Shown here: positions 1 to 28,262 of the stretch, piece after piece
How positions within the stretch are numbered: the stretch's first letter is position 1
Layout of the letters: each line of letters begins with the position of its first letter
From: Hormiphora californensis
Taxonomy: Eukaryota > Animalia > Ctenophora
DNA: 64,000 nucleotides
Direction: 5' to 3'
NCBI GenBank assembly: GCA_020137815.1
Contig: CM035350.1
Span: forward strand, 9,300,001 to 9,364,000
Notes under the pieces: generated by a model
Told to the model about the DNA's origin: nothing
The model's database searches: none
The model's input: the letters and a program-made list of their open reading frames with translations, nothing else
Position numbers and translations under genes: made by a program

Positions 1-175
1 AACAATTTATTCTACTGGATAGACGGTGTACAATTGCACAGCCGTTCTGAATAGTATTCTAGTACTCTGAACAACTATTATATCCTCTGAACTAGATTAA
101 AGAGTGTTGTGTTAACTGATTATTTTAGTAACCCCCCAGGCCAAATGATTTAACACCCCCCCCCCTCTCTTTCAG

Positions 176-10979
<10,804 letters not shown>

Positions 10980-13129
10980 ACTGTGAAAGATGGCTCAACT
11001 AAAATGAGCGGAGTAAACTTACTAAAAAGAGACTCAAAAACAGGACTGACTAGTTTTTTTTCGTGAGTGTGTCCGTGTGTGAGTGTGTGCGTGTGAGTGC
11101 TTATGAGGACTAAGCTTTCACCGCTCGCCCAATAAAATGTGAAGATGATGATGTTAGAGAACTCGGTCAAGAGAAGAATGGAGTTCTGACAAAACTGACA
11201 CACAGCAACCAGAGACACTCTCAATAAAACTTTTGTAAACATTCATTTTAATTTATTTTAATTATTTTACTTTTAGAGCTCACTCTACATGCACACACGC
11301 AATTGTATGCCCTTTTGTGACTCTACAAGAGTATTTTCCCCATTTTTGAGATGTTGTAATGATGATGATAATATTATGTTAAAAAGCATCTCATTTCCCT
11401 CCGATTTTGTGTGTGTGTAGTTATGTATGTTTGTGTGTGTGTGTGAATGCATGTTTTGATATTTGTTCGTGTGCGTGTGTGATTGTGTTTTTGATATTTT
11501 TATGCGCCGTGTTCCTTCCACGAAATGTAAAAATAGGGAGGATGGGGCTGGAAGTCCCACCCAGCCCCTCTCTCTCTCCCCCTGCACTATCGTTAGAAGG
11601 AACACCTGACGTTGTGTGTTAATGTGTTCTGAGCAAGTGTAAATAATAACCGATAAAATGTAAATAAAAATCTTGAGCTGGCCTCCGTCCAGACCATATA
11701 TTGTTTTTGAAAGCTCCGCAGCATTAGAATTTAGTTATTCAGGCCCTCATTGATTGTTCTTTAAGAGTTTTTGTTTGCCATATAATATCTAATCGAAATT
11801 CCGTTTATTTTGAGATCTGTGCATCTGCCGCCGCATCGTTTTTAGCGATTTATATTCTGCATGCTCAAGAACGTTTTTTTGTAACTGCTTGATGATAATT
11901 CCTGTTTGTAATTCAAAATATCATATTATGCCCAGCTATAATTAATATATCCACAATTATTTGAGATTTATTTAAGATTAAGTTACTTAACTTATTTCAT
12001 TTATTGAATTCGTTCATGTTTATTTGTAAATTGTGCTATGCAAAACTTTTCTGCTACGGCTTTCTCTGAACGAATTGTTAGTGTAATGTTGTATCAAGAT
12101 TCTTGCTCAATAACCAAATTACTGCTTTTACTTCTAAATTGTTAAAGGAAATTGAAAGGAACCGACTCGGAACGGTGATTGCTAAAAATCGACGAGTTTG
12201 GAGAATTAAGCTGCGCGGCACAATAATTGCGCGTGACAAGTGCGCGCACAGAAAAAATTTAAAATTCCTGTTTTTAAAAATAAAACACACTTTTTGTCGC
12301 GTCGTCAGTTTTTGGAATGCGCTGCAGCCCCCTCATGCGCGCACCCCCTTATATTATATTATAAGGGGCCTGCAACGTATGCCAACGTCAGTTTTTTTTC
12401 TTCATCAAAAATCAAAAATGTTACATTATCCCGCAATGAGGGGACTGCCGACTGTAGCATACGCCAACTCTCGTCTGGCGGCAAGAATAAGTCGCTTGCA
12501 TGTTGTCGGTAAAGGCTCAATGATCTAAATTACCGTCAAACCTCCATTTACATTTTACGTAAACTCGATTTGTTGTAACCACGCCTTTAGGGTCGGTAAT
12601 TCATCAAGAGTACCCCCCCCCCTCCGATATAAGAAATAGGCAACATTTCAACTCGTGAAAATATCCCTTAACTTAACCGAGGAGTCTGGTAAATTGAGGA
12701 TTGATTGTAAAGTCAATCCCTCTCCAGTCTCTCTGGAGGGCCGAGGGCACAATTTGATTATGCCAATTTTGTAAATAATAATAGTATCTTAACTGTGAAT
12801 TGTGACCCCGGTGATAATGCTTACCAAGTCTTTTTTCTGGCTGTGTAATAAATTCTTTAAAAGAAGCCTTTGGAACCCCCGATTTGATTGTTTTGTTCAA
12901 ACCTTTTTATTTTATTTTATAAAAAAAAAGTCGCGGGGCGCGGGGAGGGAGGGAGGGGGGAGGGAGGGAGGGGGAGGGAGGGTCGAACAAGGCAACGATT
13001 TGATACATATATAATAGCCTGTCCTTTCAATTTTTCAAGGAAATTCACACAGTACAATTCGATGTCACCACTAATTAGTTAACTAATTAATAATAATCTT
13101 CCCTCATTTTACCAGGCCTTCCCATCATA

Positions 13130-18088
<4,959 letters not shown>

Positions 18089-18286
18089 GAGGATTAGAAG
18101 TGTGGTCCCGAGGTTAACGGTCAAGTGAAAAGAAGAAGCAGCAGCATGAAATTGTGAACTTTTATATTAACGCTGAACTTCCCCTGTATATCGATCAAAT
18201 GAAAACACTTAATTTTGAATAACTTAAAAAGAGGGTTTTTAAAATGTCGTCAATAAATTAATCCCAGATAAAATAATAAAGTCCGT

Positions 18287-20485
18287 TCAGCAGTCTTCAT
18301 CCTTTATCGTTCTCCGTTTCTTTTTTACCGGTTCTTCCTCTTCTTTGGGCGGTTCGCTGCTTGCCTCTCCTTCTGTCTTCTCTTCATCTACTTCTGCGGG
18401 TGCTGTGTCTTCAATAAATGACATATCTGTTGGTCTTTCCTCTCCCTCGGGCTGAAACAAAATGGAGGATTAATCTTAGGAAATTGATGTTTTTTCTCGG
18501 GAGAGAGATAGGGATAGATAGAGAAAGAGAGATAGCAACTAACCCGTGTGTTTGGAGGAGTGTTAAAGTAAGGTAATCGCCCTCTCTGGAAGTCTTGGAA
18601 AACTATTCGTGCCACGGCGTCCAAGTCTGGTTCTCCCTTTTTCAACAACTTTCCCATCCGTTTACAAAGTTGTGCCAGGAAATCCTCTCCGTCCTTCCAC
18701 TCTTCGATCTGTGTTAAATAATGTTAGATAATATTAAATGGGTTAAACATGATGCAGTGACATGATTCCTCAACAGATGGCTAAATAACTTGCTGTTATA
18801 TCGCATTTGTGGTGTTTGTTACCTTGTAGGCCTGTGTGAGGTATTGAGGTTTGATCTTCTGGATGATGGGGTCTATATAGGCAGATGGAGTGGGTACCAT
18901 TTCCATTCTCACCACCCCTTTACAGATCATATCGGCATTAGAGTCTGATGTGTTACTAACAACCCCAGGGCAATCTATCAGGTTCACTCTTTTGAACAGG
19001 GTCACATACTGCCAGACTTTGGTCTCACCAGCCAGGGGCGCTACTTTACAGCACTGAAAATAGAGATATATTGTTGGAAATAGGATTTGTCATGTTCATA
19101 ACATTTGTGGGTCTAGCTAGGCTATACTCGCTCGAAGGAAGGCAAGATTGACATATAACAGGAGATTGGAGTGGAGAGGATACCGGGTTGGTGAAGGGAG
19201 GGTGTCATAATAGTGGTACCTTTTTGTGCATTAGAGTATTGATAATGGAGCTCTTTCCTACGTTAGGATAGCCAATGAAACCCACACTAATCTGTTTCTT
19301 ATCCCCGTGAAGTTTAGAAAACTGTCTCAATAGGTTGATCAGGGCACCTGGAGTAGTAGGAGGGTTAATTAGTAAGGGGTTGTTATCGATTAGTCTGGGG
19401 TCATTATTTATTAGAAGGGAACGTTAAAAAAGATAATCGGCCTTCCTTTTTCACCAAATCAAGGCAATCAAAACGCCGTACCTTTTCCAAATGATTTCTT
19501 GAGGGTAGCGTGGAATGCCAGGGTAGGGTGCTCTTTGGAGAGATTAACTAGCCACCCCTTAGTAACCCAGGTAGGTACAAGATCACACTTGTTCAACACA
19601 AATACCAGGTGCTTGTGGGCTTTCTCTGTCTTTAGAAAGTGCTCTACATACTTTGATCTCGTACCCTGTGTAAGGGGATGGAAGAAGTTATAGACATGGG
19701 GGGTGAGAGACATGTTGTTAGCTTCGTTAGGATAGAAACTAGCTAATTGTTATTAAGATTATTAATTATTAATTAATTACCTGAGGATCTCTAGCATCCA
19801 AGACCTGTATCACTACATCGCTGCTGTCAATAACCTTGAACAACTCAGCGTGTATCCTCTTACTCTGTCCTGCCTGGAAAATATAATCGTTCGGAGCGTC
19901 CCTCGGCTCGTCCTCTGCTGGCACTTCCTTCTCATCGTGTTTCTCTGTGTCAGTCGCTATCTTCTGAACCATCTCACTGAGGTTTTCAGCAGCCAGCTTG
20001 GGTCGTTTTCTCAACTTCTTCGGACCAAATGTGCTCTCAAAAGTCTCCGTTTTAAGGATGTGAACGTTAGCGGTCTTTGCTGTCTCCTGGAGGAGTCCGG
20101 TGGGTACTTTGCTACTCTTCATAACGACCTGATAGGGGTTGTTCTGGATCTTGCCCATTTCACTCTGGAACCTCTGTAGAGCGTTCTGCGTCAGTGTCCG
20201 GGTGTTACCAAACCATTTCCTGTTAGGTTCTATCCTAGCTCGTTCCCCTGATTTAGCTTTCTCCTGATACTCTGCAGCCTGTACAATCTGACCATCCCTG
20301 TTTCGCTTAGGTCCAGCTGTCTTGTACATGTTTAGACGTTTAACTGTGGCTTTGTCCCTAATCCCAACTGGCATTTTAGATTTCCTGTTTTTTAAGCTCA
20401 TGCTGTTGCCAATCTTAACTCGTCCCGGGGCTGAGCCGCCCCCTCCACCCTTCTTGTCGCCACCCGTCTTGGTCTGTTTGCCCAT
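18287..20485 (-). CDS. GNL2: Nucleolar GTP-binding protein 2 (NOG2/NGP-1)
   Basis: NGP1NT region ([13 protein letters not shown]), [63 protein letters not shown]...[10 protein letters not shown]; multi-exon; last exon 18451-18287. Confidence 0.95.
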
Positions 20486-20614
20486 GCTGCTTTATAGAGT
20501 GAAAACAGGGTTAGTTTATGGGATAAAGGGTTAGGGTTGTTAGGGAGTAATTAAAGGGAGACCGGGGTGGTACCCATCATTTCTGATCGGGTTGGTAAAA
20601 TCATGGAAGCATGG

Positions 20615-20830
20615 GTGGTCGCAACCAGAGAGTGATAGGTGGTAAACAGAGTGGTCGCAACCAGAGAGTGACAGGTGGTAAACAGGGTGGTCGCAACCAG
20701 AGAGTGATAGGTGGTAAACAGAGTGGTCGCAACCAGAGAGTGATAGGTGGTAAACAGAGTGGTCGCAACTAGAGTGAGAGAGGTGGCTAACAAATAGTGG
20801 TCGCAACTAGAGTGAGAGAGGTGGGTAACA
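20615..20830. repeat. ~36-bp minisatellite (~6 copies) between NDUFB8 and GNL2
   Basis: Unit GTGGTCGCAACCAGAGAGTGATAGGTGGTAAACAGA. Confidence 0.9.
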
Positions 20831-20986
20831 GGTGCGCGCGAAGTTGCGCGAAGAACTACAAAACGTTGGCAAAATGTTGCTAGTACAAACAGTGAACACC
20901 GCCTCAATCTGTCCCACTTAGCGGTGAGCTATAATTCCACCACCGCCGCTCAATAATTTACAAACTCATTTCTTCTCAGTCTGTTT

Positions 20987-22007
20987 TCATTTTGTAAAGC
21001 CGCTATCAAACTCCAGCTGGGGGATGTGGGTGGTAATCCATCTTCTGTGTTCTCTAGGTACGAGCGGGTTACCGCCCTGTTCCTCCCATAGGTTGTCGAA
21101 GGGTTTGGGTCGAGGTGCCATGAACTGTAGACCGTACTTCTTATCTAGGACGTCCACAGTCTGAAAATAAGTGGTGTAGTTGGGAGAAACTAGGGATTGG
21201 GTATCATCTCAGATAAATCCTTGGGATTTGATTGGTTGTTATTGATATCATCTATGATCTACTAAATACAGACACTCGACAGGATATTATTAATTGAGTG
21301 TTAGTCATCTAAATCATGTAAATGTAAATATGACAGGATATCCGGAGCTTACCTCCATGATGGTTATAACAAGGCCCACCACAAATATCAGGCTCAAATA
21401 ACCACTCCAGTTGTTCTCTTTTCCATTTATCCGAGCGTGCTCTTGTCCCATTGGTGTTAACCATTCCTGAAATGTGGTTAACAGTGGTTACTATCATGGT
21501 AACTAGTTCATCATGGTTACCATAGCGACTAGCGTTACCATTGGTTACCATAGCAACTAATGGCTGACTACAGATAGATCAGTACAAATTACCATCTGAT
21601 ATGATGTAAGCACATGTGACATGTCCACGCTAATTGGGAATGTAAAAAGAATGAGATGTTACAAATACAAGCACGGGGAAATTTCCAATTAAATAATTCC
21701 ATACCTCCAAAATGTGGAATGTCTCTCCATAATTCTTCCGCACCCCAATACCATAATCGTATTTAAGGTTGGGATTCTTCAGCTGCCGATAGTAAAACGG
21801 CATTCTAGGATATGAGCTGTCTTTTGGTGCAAAGCCTCCCATGTCATAATTAGGGCCCCGTGCGTAGGGTACACTGCCCTTGTTTCGACCATAAAAAGTG
21901 TCCTCATAGTTCCTCATGTCCTCCGGGTCAATGTACCATTTGTCACCTCGCACCGGGACCGAGGTTCGAAGAAGGGAGGGCCGCAACCTCCCTACTACAT
22001 ACGCCAT
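20987..22007 (-). CDS. NDUFB8: NADH dehydrogenase 1 beta subcomplex subunit 8 (ASHI), mitochondrial
   Basis: Exons 22007-21705, 21466-21353, 21160-20987 (196 aa): presequence MAYVVGRLRPSLLR, YPRMP..RQLKNP..KYD...RKNYGETFH, TM GYLSLIFVVGLVITIM, PKPFDNLWEEQGGNP. Confidence 0.8.
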
Positions 22008-22680
22008 GGCTAGGGAGAGGGAGGGAGTGAGTGAGGGGGAGAGAAGGGAGGGCCGCAACCTCCCGACTACATACGCCATGGCTCTAGAGAGAGGGAGGGG
22101 AGTGAGTGAGGGGGAGAGAAGGGAGGGCCGCAACCTCCCGACTACATACGCCATGGCTAGGGAGAGGGAGGGGAGGGACTGAGGTTCGAAGAAGGGAGGG
22201 CCGCAACCTCCCGACTACATACGCCATGGCTAGGGAGAGAGGGAGGGGAGGGAGTGAGGGGGAGAGAAGGGAGGGCCGCAACCTCCCGACTACATACGCC
22301 ATGGCTAGGGAGAGTGAGGGGAGGGAGTGAGGTTCGGAGAAGGGAGGGCCGCAACCTCCCGACTACATACGCCATGGCTAGAGAGAGGGAGGGGAGGGAG
22401 TGAGGGGGAGAGAAGGGAGGGCCGCAACCTCCCGACTACATACGCCATGGCTAGAGAGAGAGGGAGGGGAGGGAGTGAGGGGGAGAGAAGGGAGGGCCGC
22501 AACCTCCCAACTACATACGCCATGGCTAGAGAGAGAGTGAGAGGGAGTGAGGGGGAGAGAAGGGAGGGCCGCAACCTCCCGACTACATACGCCATGGCTA
22601 GAGAGAGGGAGGGGAGGGAGGTGAGGGGGAGAGAAGGGAGGGCCGCAACCTCCCGACTACATACGCCATGGCTAGAGAGA
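21962..22680 (-). repeat. ~73-75-bp tandem repeat x10 containing acceptor-like AG, ATG and first codons of NDUFB8
   Basis: On the minus strand each unit is a pyrimidine tract, TAG|CC-ATG GCG TAT GTA GTC GGG AGG TTG CGG CCC TCC CTT CT; ten ATG copies between 22007 and ~22669. Confidence 0.9.
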
Positions 22681-23207
22681 GAGGGAGGGGAGGGAGGTGA
22701 GATATACAGTCTAGTTTATAGAGGAGATAGGTAGAGTTGAGATGGAGATAAACAGAAAGGGGGAGAGATCGGTTGATGTGGGAGGGGTGAGATAGGTAGA
22801 GGGAGCGAGGAGGCTTGCATTTGGGTAAAACAGATTGGAAATGGGGTTAATTAAAACACATGTCTCTGCTATAAAGTGTTCGAATGTTCTTTAATACAAA
22901 GCGTTATTGATTCTTCTAAAAATCCCATATTATTATGTAACATTATATAACTGTCATGTAACTTGTGAGAGACAGTGTTATATCTGACGAGTGTGTACAA
23001 ACCCACGCCATCAAGTTATACCAATGTTCATTTATATTAACTTCATATATTAACTTCATCTTCTTCTTCATCATCGCAGTAGCCACCTCGTCTCAAACTG
23101 TTCTGAACAATAATTGTCACGTTAGAAAATTGTTTTTCATCAAAAATTAAACAAACAAAGTAAAAATAACGACATAACAGTCTTACCAAGAGTGAAAGGG
23201 CGTCAAC

Positions 23208-23852
23208 TCAGGTAGCTCCTTTTTCCAAAAGTTTTGAGTTTTCAGATTTCAATTGCGAGTTCTCTCGTTTCAAAGCGGCGATCTCCTTTCCCATTCGCTC
23301 CACTTCATCTCTCAGTTCATTATTAGTATCATTCGAACTAAACCTCTCCTTTTCCTTCTCCATCTCCAAATTAGTCACAATCTTATCCAAATTAACTATC
23401 TCCTCTATCAGCTCAGATCTCGTCTTATTTTCCATCATATCGGCCTTCATACTATCAAACGTCTCCGCGAAATCGTTCTCAAAGAACCTCCCAGAGCTCT
23501 GTTTCGCTTCCTCCTGGTCATCACAACTCACCCCGCTGAGCGACTCACCACCATCGTCCGAGTCGTAGCACATGCCAACTGGTGTTTGGTTGGGCGTGGC
23601 GGTCTTGTGCTCCTGCATGAGGAACTGGGTGGTATTGTTAGGGGCAGATATCTTGCTGCTTGCCAAACGGGCCTCTGCTAACTTCCTGTCTCGTTCGTTT
23701 AGCTCCTCCTTCTCCTCCCAGGTAAGTTTGAAGTAGGGTTTTTTGCTCTTTTTCTGTTTCCTTGGGGCTCTCCTTGTTTTCTTTTTAAAGGAGCCCTGGT
23801 CCGCTTGCTCGGTCGAGTGGGGGTTGTCCATACTCATCACAATGCTAGCCAT
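23208..23852 (-). CDS. HEXIM: HEXIM (7SK snRNP P-TEFb inhibitor) homologue, single coding exon
   Basis: KKKTRRAPRKQKKSKKPYFKLTWEEK, APNNTTQFLM (PYNT-type motif), acidic region, FFENDFAETFD, C-terminal coiled coil. Confidence 0.9.
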   Translation of the reverse strand: MASIVMSMDNPHSTEQADQGSFKKKTRRAPRKQKKSKKPYFKLTWEEKEELNERDRKLAEARLASSKISAPNNTTQFLMQEHKTATPNQTPVGMCYDSDDGGESLSGVSCDDQEEAKQSSGRFFENDFAETFDSMKADMMENKTRSELIEEIVNLDKIVTNLEMEKEKERFSSNDTNNELRDEVERMGKEIAALKRENSQLKSENSKLLEKGAT

Positions 23853-23960
23853 GCTGAAATAGATAGGTTTAGCAAAACACAGAACATGCTGAAATAGATA
23901 GGGTTAGCAAAACACAGAACATGCTGAAATAGAAGTTATAAGTTTAGCAAAACACAGAAC
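23850..23960 (-). repeat. ~35-bp repeat x3 containing the HEXIM upstream acceptor-like site and ATG
   Basis: CATGCTGAAATAGA(T)...TTAGCAAAACACAGAA three times; on the minus strand TCTATTTCAG|CATG. Confidence 0.85.
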
Positions 23961-24389
23961 TAGATATTTATAATAACGTTTGAGCTGTAGTATCGGCTAC
24001 GTCATCGCGACTTCTCAGTTCTCACTGGTTGTTGAACGATGGACAATCATCAATGGACAAGCCGGGACTTCCTTTTATCGCTCTGCATCGCAAGCGGGCA
24101 AGCATTTCTCAAAAGTCAAATGACAATCTTGTACTATGAACTACCAGGGAGAGCATTTTGCAACCGATCTTGTGACCACTGGCCGGTTACTTGTTAGCAG
24201 TCTCAGTGTCTGCTAGCATCAGTGGTGCTCCACCTTCCTCCGTCCTCGCTTTTGAATTTTCCTTTTTTGGTTGGCTTGACACAGTTTTGGCATACTCAAG
24301 GCCACAGCGATTCCAGGTCACTGGTCAAAACTGAAAGCCGTCAAAAACCAGGGACGGGGGCCTCACGTGTGGACGCACGGTGAGCGACG

Positions 24390-25260
24390 TCACTGAATTT
24401 TTTTGGCATACGTTGCTGGCCCAGCGCGGGATAAGGCAGCGCTTTTCAACTGAATTTTTAGGCCAGCGTTAAAATCTGGTAGTGGAAGCTCTTACGGTAT
24501 TCCCACGGCCGTGGGAAAAGAGAGATAGATAGAAATACTAAGAGAGAGAGAAATTTCTCTCTCTTAGTATTTCTATCTATCTCTCTTTTCCCACGGGCGT
24601 GGGAATACCGTAAGAGCTTCCACTATGGGTGTTTTGGGAGTGCTGACAAACGGTTTTTTAGGGTTAGGGCTAAAGTAGGGTTAGGGTTAGGGCTTGGGTT
24701 TGGGTTGGGGTTAGGCCTTGACATTCCTTACCATATAAACTTTGAATCAGCCAAAACGGTTGAGTGGTTTGGCGGTTAGAGCCATTTTAGTGAATCAACT
24801 TTTTTGGCAGCGCGCACCTGTAAACAGGCCTCCAAACACCCAGATAATACTACACAACCCACTAGGGACCTCAAACACCCAGATCGTAACGGCGCCCGAA
24901 TTTTTAACGCTGGCCTTTTTTTCGGGGGACTGCAAAAATAAAATTGCGGTAAAAATTTTAAATTGCAGCTAAAAAAACAGCAACGTCGCATTTAATGTAA
25001 CGCGCGAAAAATATTGTTAATGCGCTGCAAAAACAAAATATATGTTTTTTTCAGATTGGAAATTTCTTTTATTTGACTCTTTCTTTTTTTGAAAAGTCTT
25101 GAAAAGCGCTGCCTTATCCCGCGCAACGTTTGCCAATGAAAAGTCAAAAGACCCCAGTGTCGGGAAAAGTTAACATCTGGGCGTTTGAGTGTCAGCACTA
25201 ACGGTATTTAGGGTTAGGACTAAAGTAGGATTAGGGTTAGGCCTTAGGGCTGGGGTTTAA
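24390..25260. mobile_element. Probable non-autonomous element(s) with nested inverted repeats and TTAGGG-like tracts in the HEXIM/AP5B1 divergent intergenic region
   Basis: Inverted pairs GCGGGATAAGGCAGCGCTTTTCAA (~24427) / TTGAAAAGCGCTGCCTTATCCCGC (~25099), GGCCAGCGTTAAAA / TTTTAACGCTGGCC, AGTGCTGACA / TGTCAGCACT; degenerate TTAGGG tracts at ~24657-24715 and ~25208-25250; related motif at ~12365-12390. Confidence 0.5.
24480..24625. repeat. 146-bp near-perfect palindrome (foldback), TA at both ends
   Basis: TAGTGGAAGCTCTTACGGTATTCCCACG...AGAAA|TTTCT...CGTGGGAATACCGTAAGAGCTTCCACTA; the arms differ by about one mismatch and one AG indel. Confidence 0.9.
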
Positions 25261-25380
25261 ATGACCACTTCAAAAAAATCCGATATTTTTAAACTTTGAA
25301 AATTCCTTTTTGTTTGTTTTACCTCTCGCGAGTTGAAAAACTGATACTTTCAACTCAAAACAGCTGCTCCCATTTTAGTT

Positions 25381-28262
25381 ATGACAATACGAGGGACTGT
25401 AAAGCAGTATGTCCACGAAGTCGCTACTCAGTACTCTCTTGAAAGCTGTGTAAAACTCCGGGATATGGTGCCACTGATGAGGGATTCGAATCTTCAGGTT
25501 AGGCGGATACAAAATTAAAGATTTCTGACCGATTTATCTGCTTTTAAAGGGCTCACACAGTCTCTCGAAATGGCAAGTTTACCCTCAGGAGGAAGTGATT
25601 AGTAATTTACTTCGTATTGTATCGGCTGGTGTAGGACGAGGAAAGCTACTGTGTGAAGTTATACTGTTCCTAACTGAGCTAACCATATTTCATGAAATTC
25701 ATAAGTACAGTAACACAAATGTACAACATGATTCTCTAGAGATCTCTCCTCAGTTTCAGATGAATTACCTATCTGTACTACCACAGCTATCTGTAAATCA
25801 TGTAAATCCATCTGTGTAATAGGTTATCACTGTCCATGTATAACTAATCGATCCTTAATTCTGTGTCTATATTATTGTTGAAAAGTGTCCGTTATGAAGT
25901 CACAATATCCCTTGCAGGAGCAGCCCAGACGTGGTGGATAACGTGATAGCAGTGTACTATGCAGCAACAACCAATGAAAGTATAAATGTTCTGGTCCGAG
26001 GTCTCGCCTTTACCTCTCTCTCTACCCTATCTCGTGTTGCCTACAAACCAGATCTACTGCACATGTACTCACAGAAGCCCCGAGAAAGCTACTTCACCCC
26101 ACACTACTTCTCGCTGCTGGTGTGGGGGACACAGGATAGCGGTGTACTTGATAAGGCCACCATTACACCATCACTTCTGAGGTATTTATTTAAAATGACT
26201 AGATACTTTGTTTAGTCACTGCCACGACTGTTAACGACTAGATAACTTACGTGTTGCATTGTGTAAATCTATAGTTGAAACTTGTTCTCACTCATCTTTC
26301 AACAACTCACAACTCCACCTCATTTTGCAGGTCCTGCGTAGCAGTTCTACCGATTGAAAATGTAAAACCCGTTCTGGCCAAAATGGAATCCCCCTCCCCA
26401 TTTCAAGTGGTATTCCTATCATGTCTATTTTCACCGGCCCAAGTCCAACAAGCCTGTGAGAGGATTCTGAACAACTGTGAACCCTACCTACAGGGGTTCG
26501 CGTACCAGCTGCTCCTAGAGATGGGTGCCACCCTACCCCGACAATCTCGCCCTCTTGACCCTCCTGAGAGTAGGGTGTTGAGGGTAATGTTGAGTGAGCC
26601 CAAAGATGCGATTGCTGGGTTGTTGGAGTTGCAGCAGTTGTTCTATCATGGAGTTGCAGGGGACTTCCCTGGGCTGTACTTTAGGGCATTGCACTGGTGT
26701 TATACGAGGGGAAATAGGACCGAGTTAGCGCAACTGATCAAGATTCTCCTGTTTGATAGACAGTCGGAGGTGTTCGCTGTAAACTTGTTGAACACTCTAC
26801 CACTCACGGAGTTTGGGAGTGAACTGCAAGAGGTAGGAACCATGTGCATCGTCTTTTTGTTTTCTAAAGTTCTAAAAATATACTCATTGATTGTCTTGGT
26901 GATGCCATCTCTTCTTCGTGATTGTCATGTCTTCTAAAACTCCTGCACTTCTCCAGATGTTACTAAGGATCGTCGCTGAACGGAGTCGGGAGAAGGGAAC
27001 AGATAACTGCCAGCATTACCTGCCAATATTCAGACACTACCTCTCTCTAACTGACTACTCGCCCAGCCCTGCCCTTCTCTACATATCATCTCTTCTAGAT
27101 AATGGGAAGCTGCCTGAGGAACAACTATTGGATATCACTGATATTTTACTGTACGTAGACCCTCTCCTATTCCATTACTCTCATTACCTTCCTCTCTCTC
27201 ACAATTCTGTCTCTGATATAATATCCAAGTTTCACCTCCCATCTCCCCCATTCAGGACTGTACTGCGGCACCCCCACCTATCCCAAGTTACCCAGGAGCT
27301 GTATGCGGTGTGTAGCCAACTTCAGGACACCCCAGCTACCCACTCTCTGTGTAGCCTGCTTACCCGTTACCTTAGCTCTTATTGTCCCCCCAAGATGGAG
27401 AGGTCTCTGTTTGGAAGCAGCAATCACGCTCCTCCCACCACCACCACCAACGCTTCTTATTTAGGTATTACTCAGACTACGGCAACCATGTTTTGATTCT
27501 CAAAACTAATCGTGCAAATGCGTTAAGTTAGGGTGTAACCTACCCTCCCCTAGATCTACCCCTTCCTGACTCCTCCCCCTAGATCTACCACTGATAAGAC
27601 TGGAACGACTGATGCCAACCCTATCCAGGAGACGTTACCTAGCAACCGACTCCCCCTATACCATGCTAGATGTCGAGGAGTACCTGGGGGAACTTGATCT
27701 CTCAGTTACCCTCGCCTACTGTGCACACCTCGCCAGAGAGGAAGAGTGTCTCCTGTGTGTAGTCTTCACTCCCTCCCCTCTTAAACCCCACCTCTCCGCT
27801 GAACCAGTCTCTACTCCACTGCTAAGAACGGGGGACACTGTCTCGGTTGTCATAGAAACCACTCGTCCCCTCCCTGGTTCCATCGCACTGGCAGTTGAGT
27901 ATACCAAGGGTGGCGAGCACTTCAGAGGGTCACTCCCCCGTTTGGAGATATCACTACTGGACTTGGTCCTACCCCTTCCTCTCTCCAACTTTTCACCTGA
28001 CTTCCTGTTCTCCAAGCTATGGAACTACTTCCAGGGAGGGGGTGGGGTGGTCACTAAACTAAAACCCTCTGATGGGTATGAGGTTAAGCTCCATTCATAT
28101 CGTCTCTCTACCGGGAGTTTCATGTTAGGTATACCACCCCGACATGTTGCCCTTATACAGCCCGTTACTGGATTTACATCTCTTAATGTTGCACTTGACT
28201 CCTGGTGTGTCCTCCCCCTTCTACATTCTCTACTGGTAGAGCAGTCAGCAGGGGAGCAGTGA
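25381..28262 (+). CDS. AP5B1: AP-5 complex subunit beta-1-like, multi-exon
   Basis: Leu-rich solenoid exons. The C-terminus ALAVEYTKGGEHFRGSLPRLEISLLDLVLPLP..FLFSKLW, GIPPRHVALI, VALDSWCVLPLLHSLL resembles the AP5B1 C-terminal domain as I recall it (LPPLFVNFADLFLPFP..FFEELW, LPPRYHLLL, DDWAVLPL). Confidence 0.7.

Noticed and set aside
12103-12528. 141-aa ORF between ferlin and the TEX26-like gene
   Set aside because: TTG start, no domain or splice support, and overlaps a repeat-like segment related to ~24400.
23960-24400. 7SK or another ncRNA next to HEXIM
   Set aside because: No recognisable 7SK stem motifs or Pol III signals by eye; a covariance-model search would be needed.
24657-24715. 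True telomere or chromosome-fusion scar
   Set aside because: Short, degenerate, interstitial, same-orientation tracts embedded in a repeat element.
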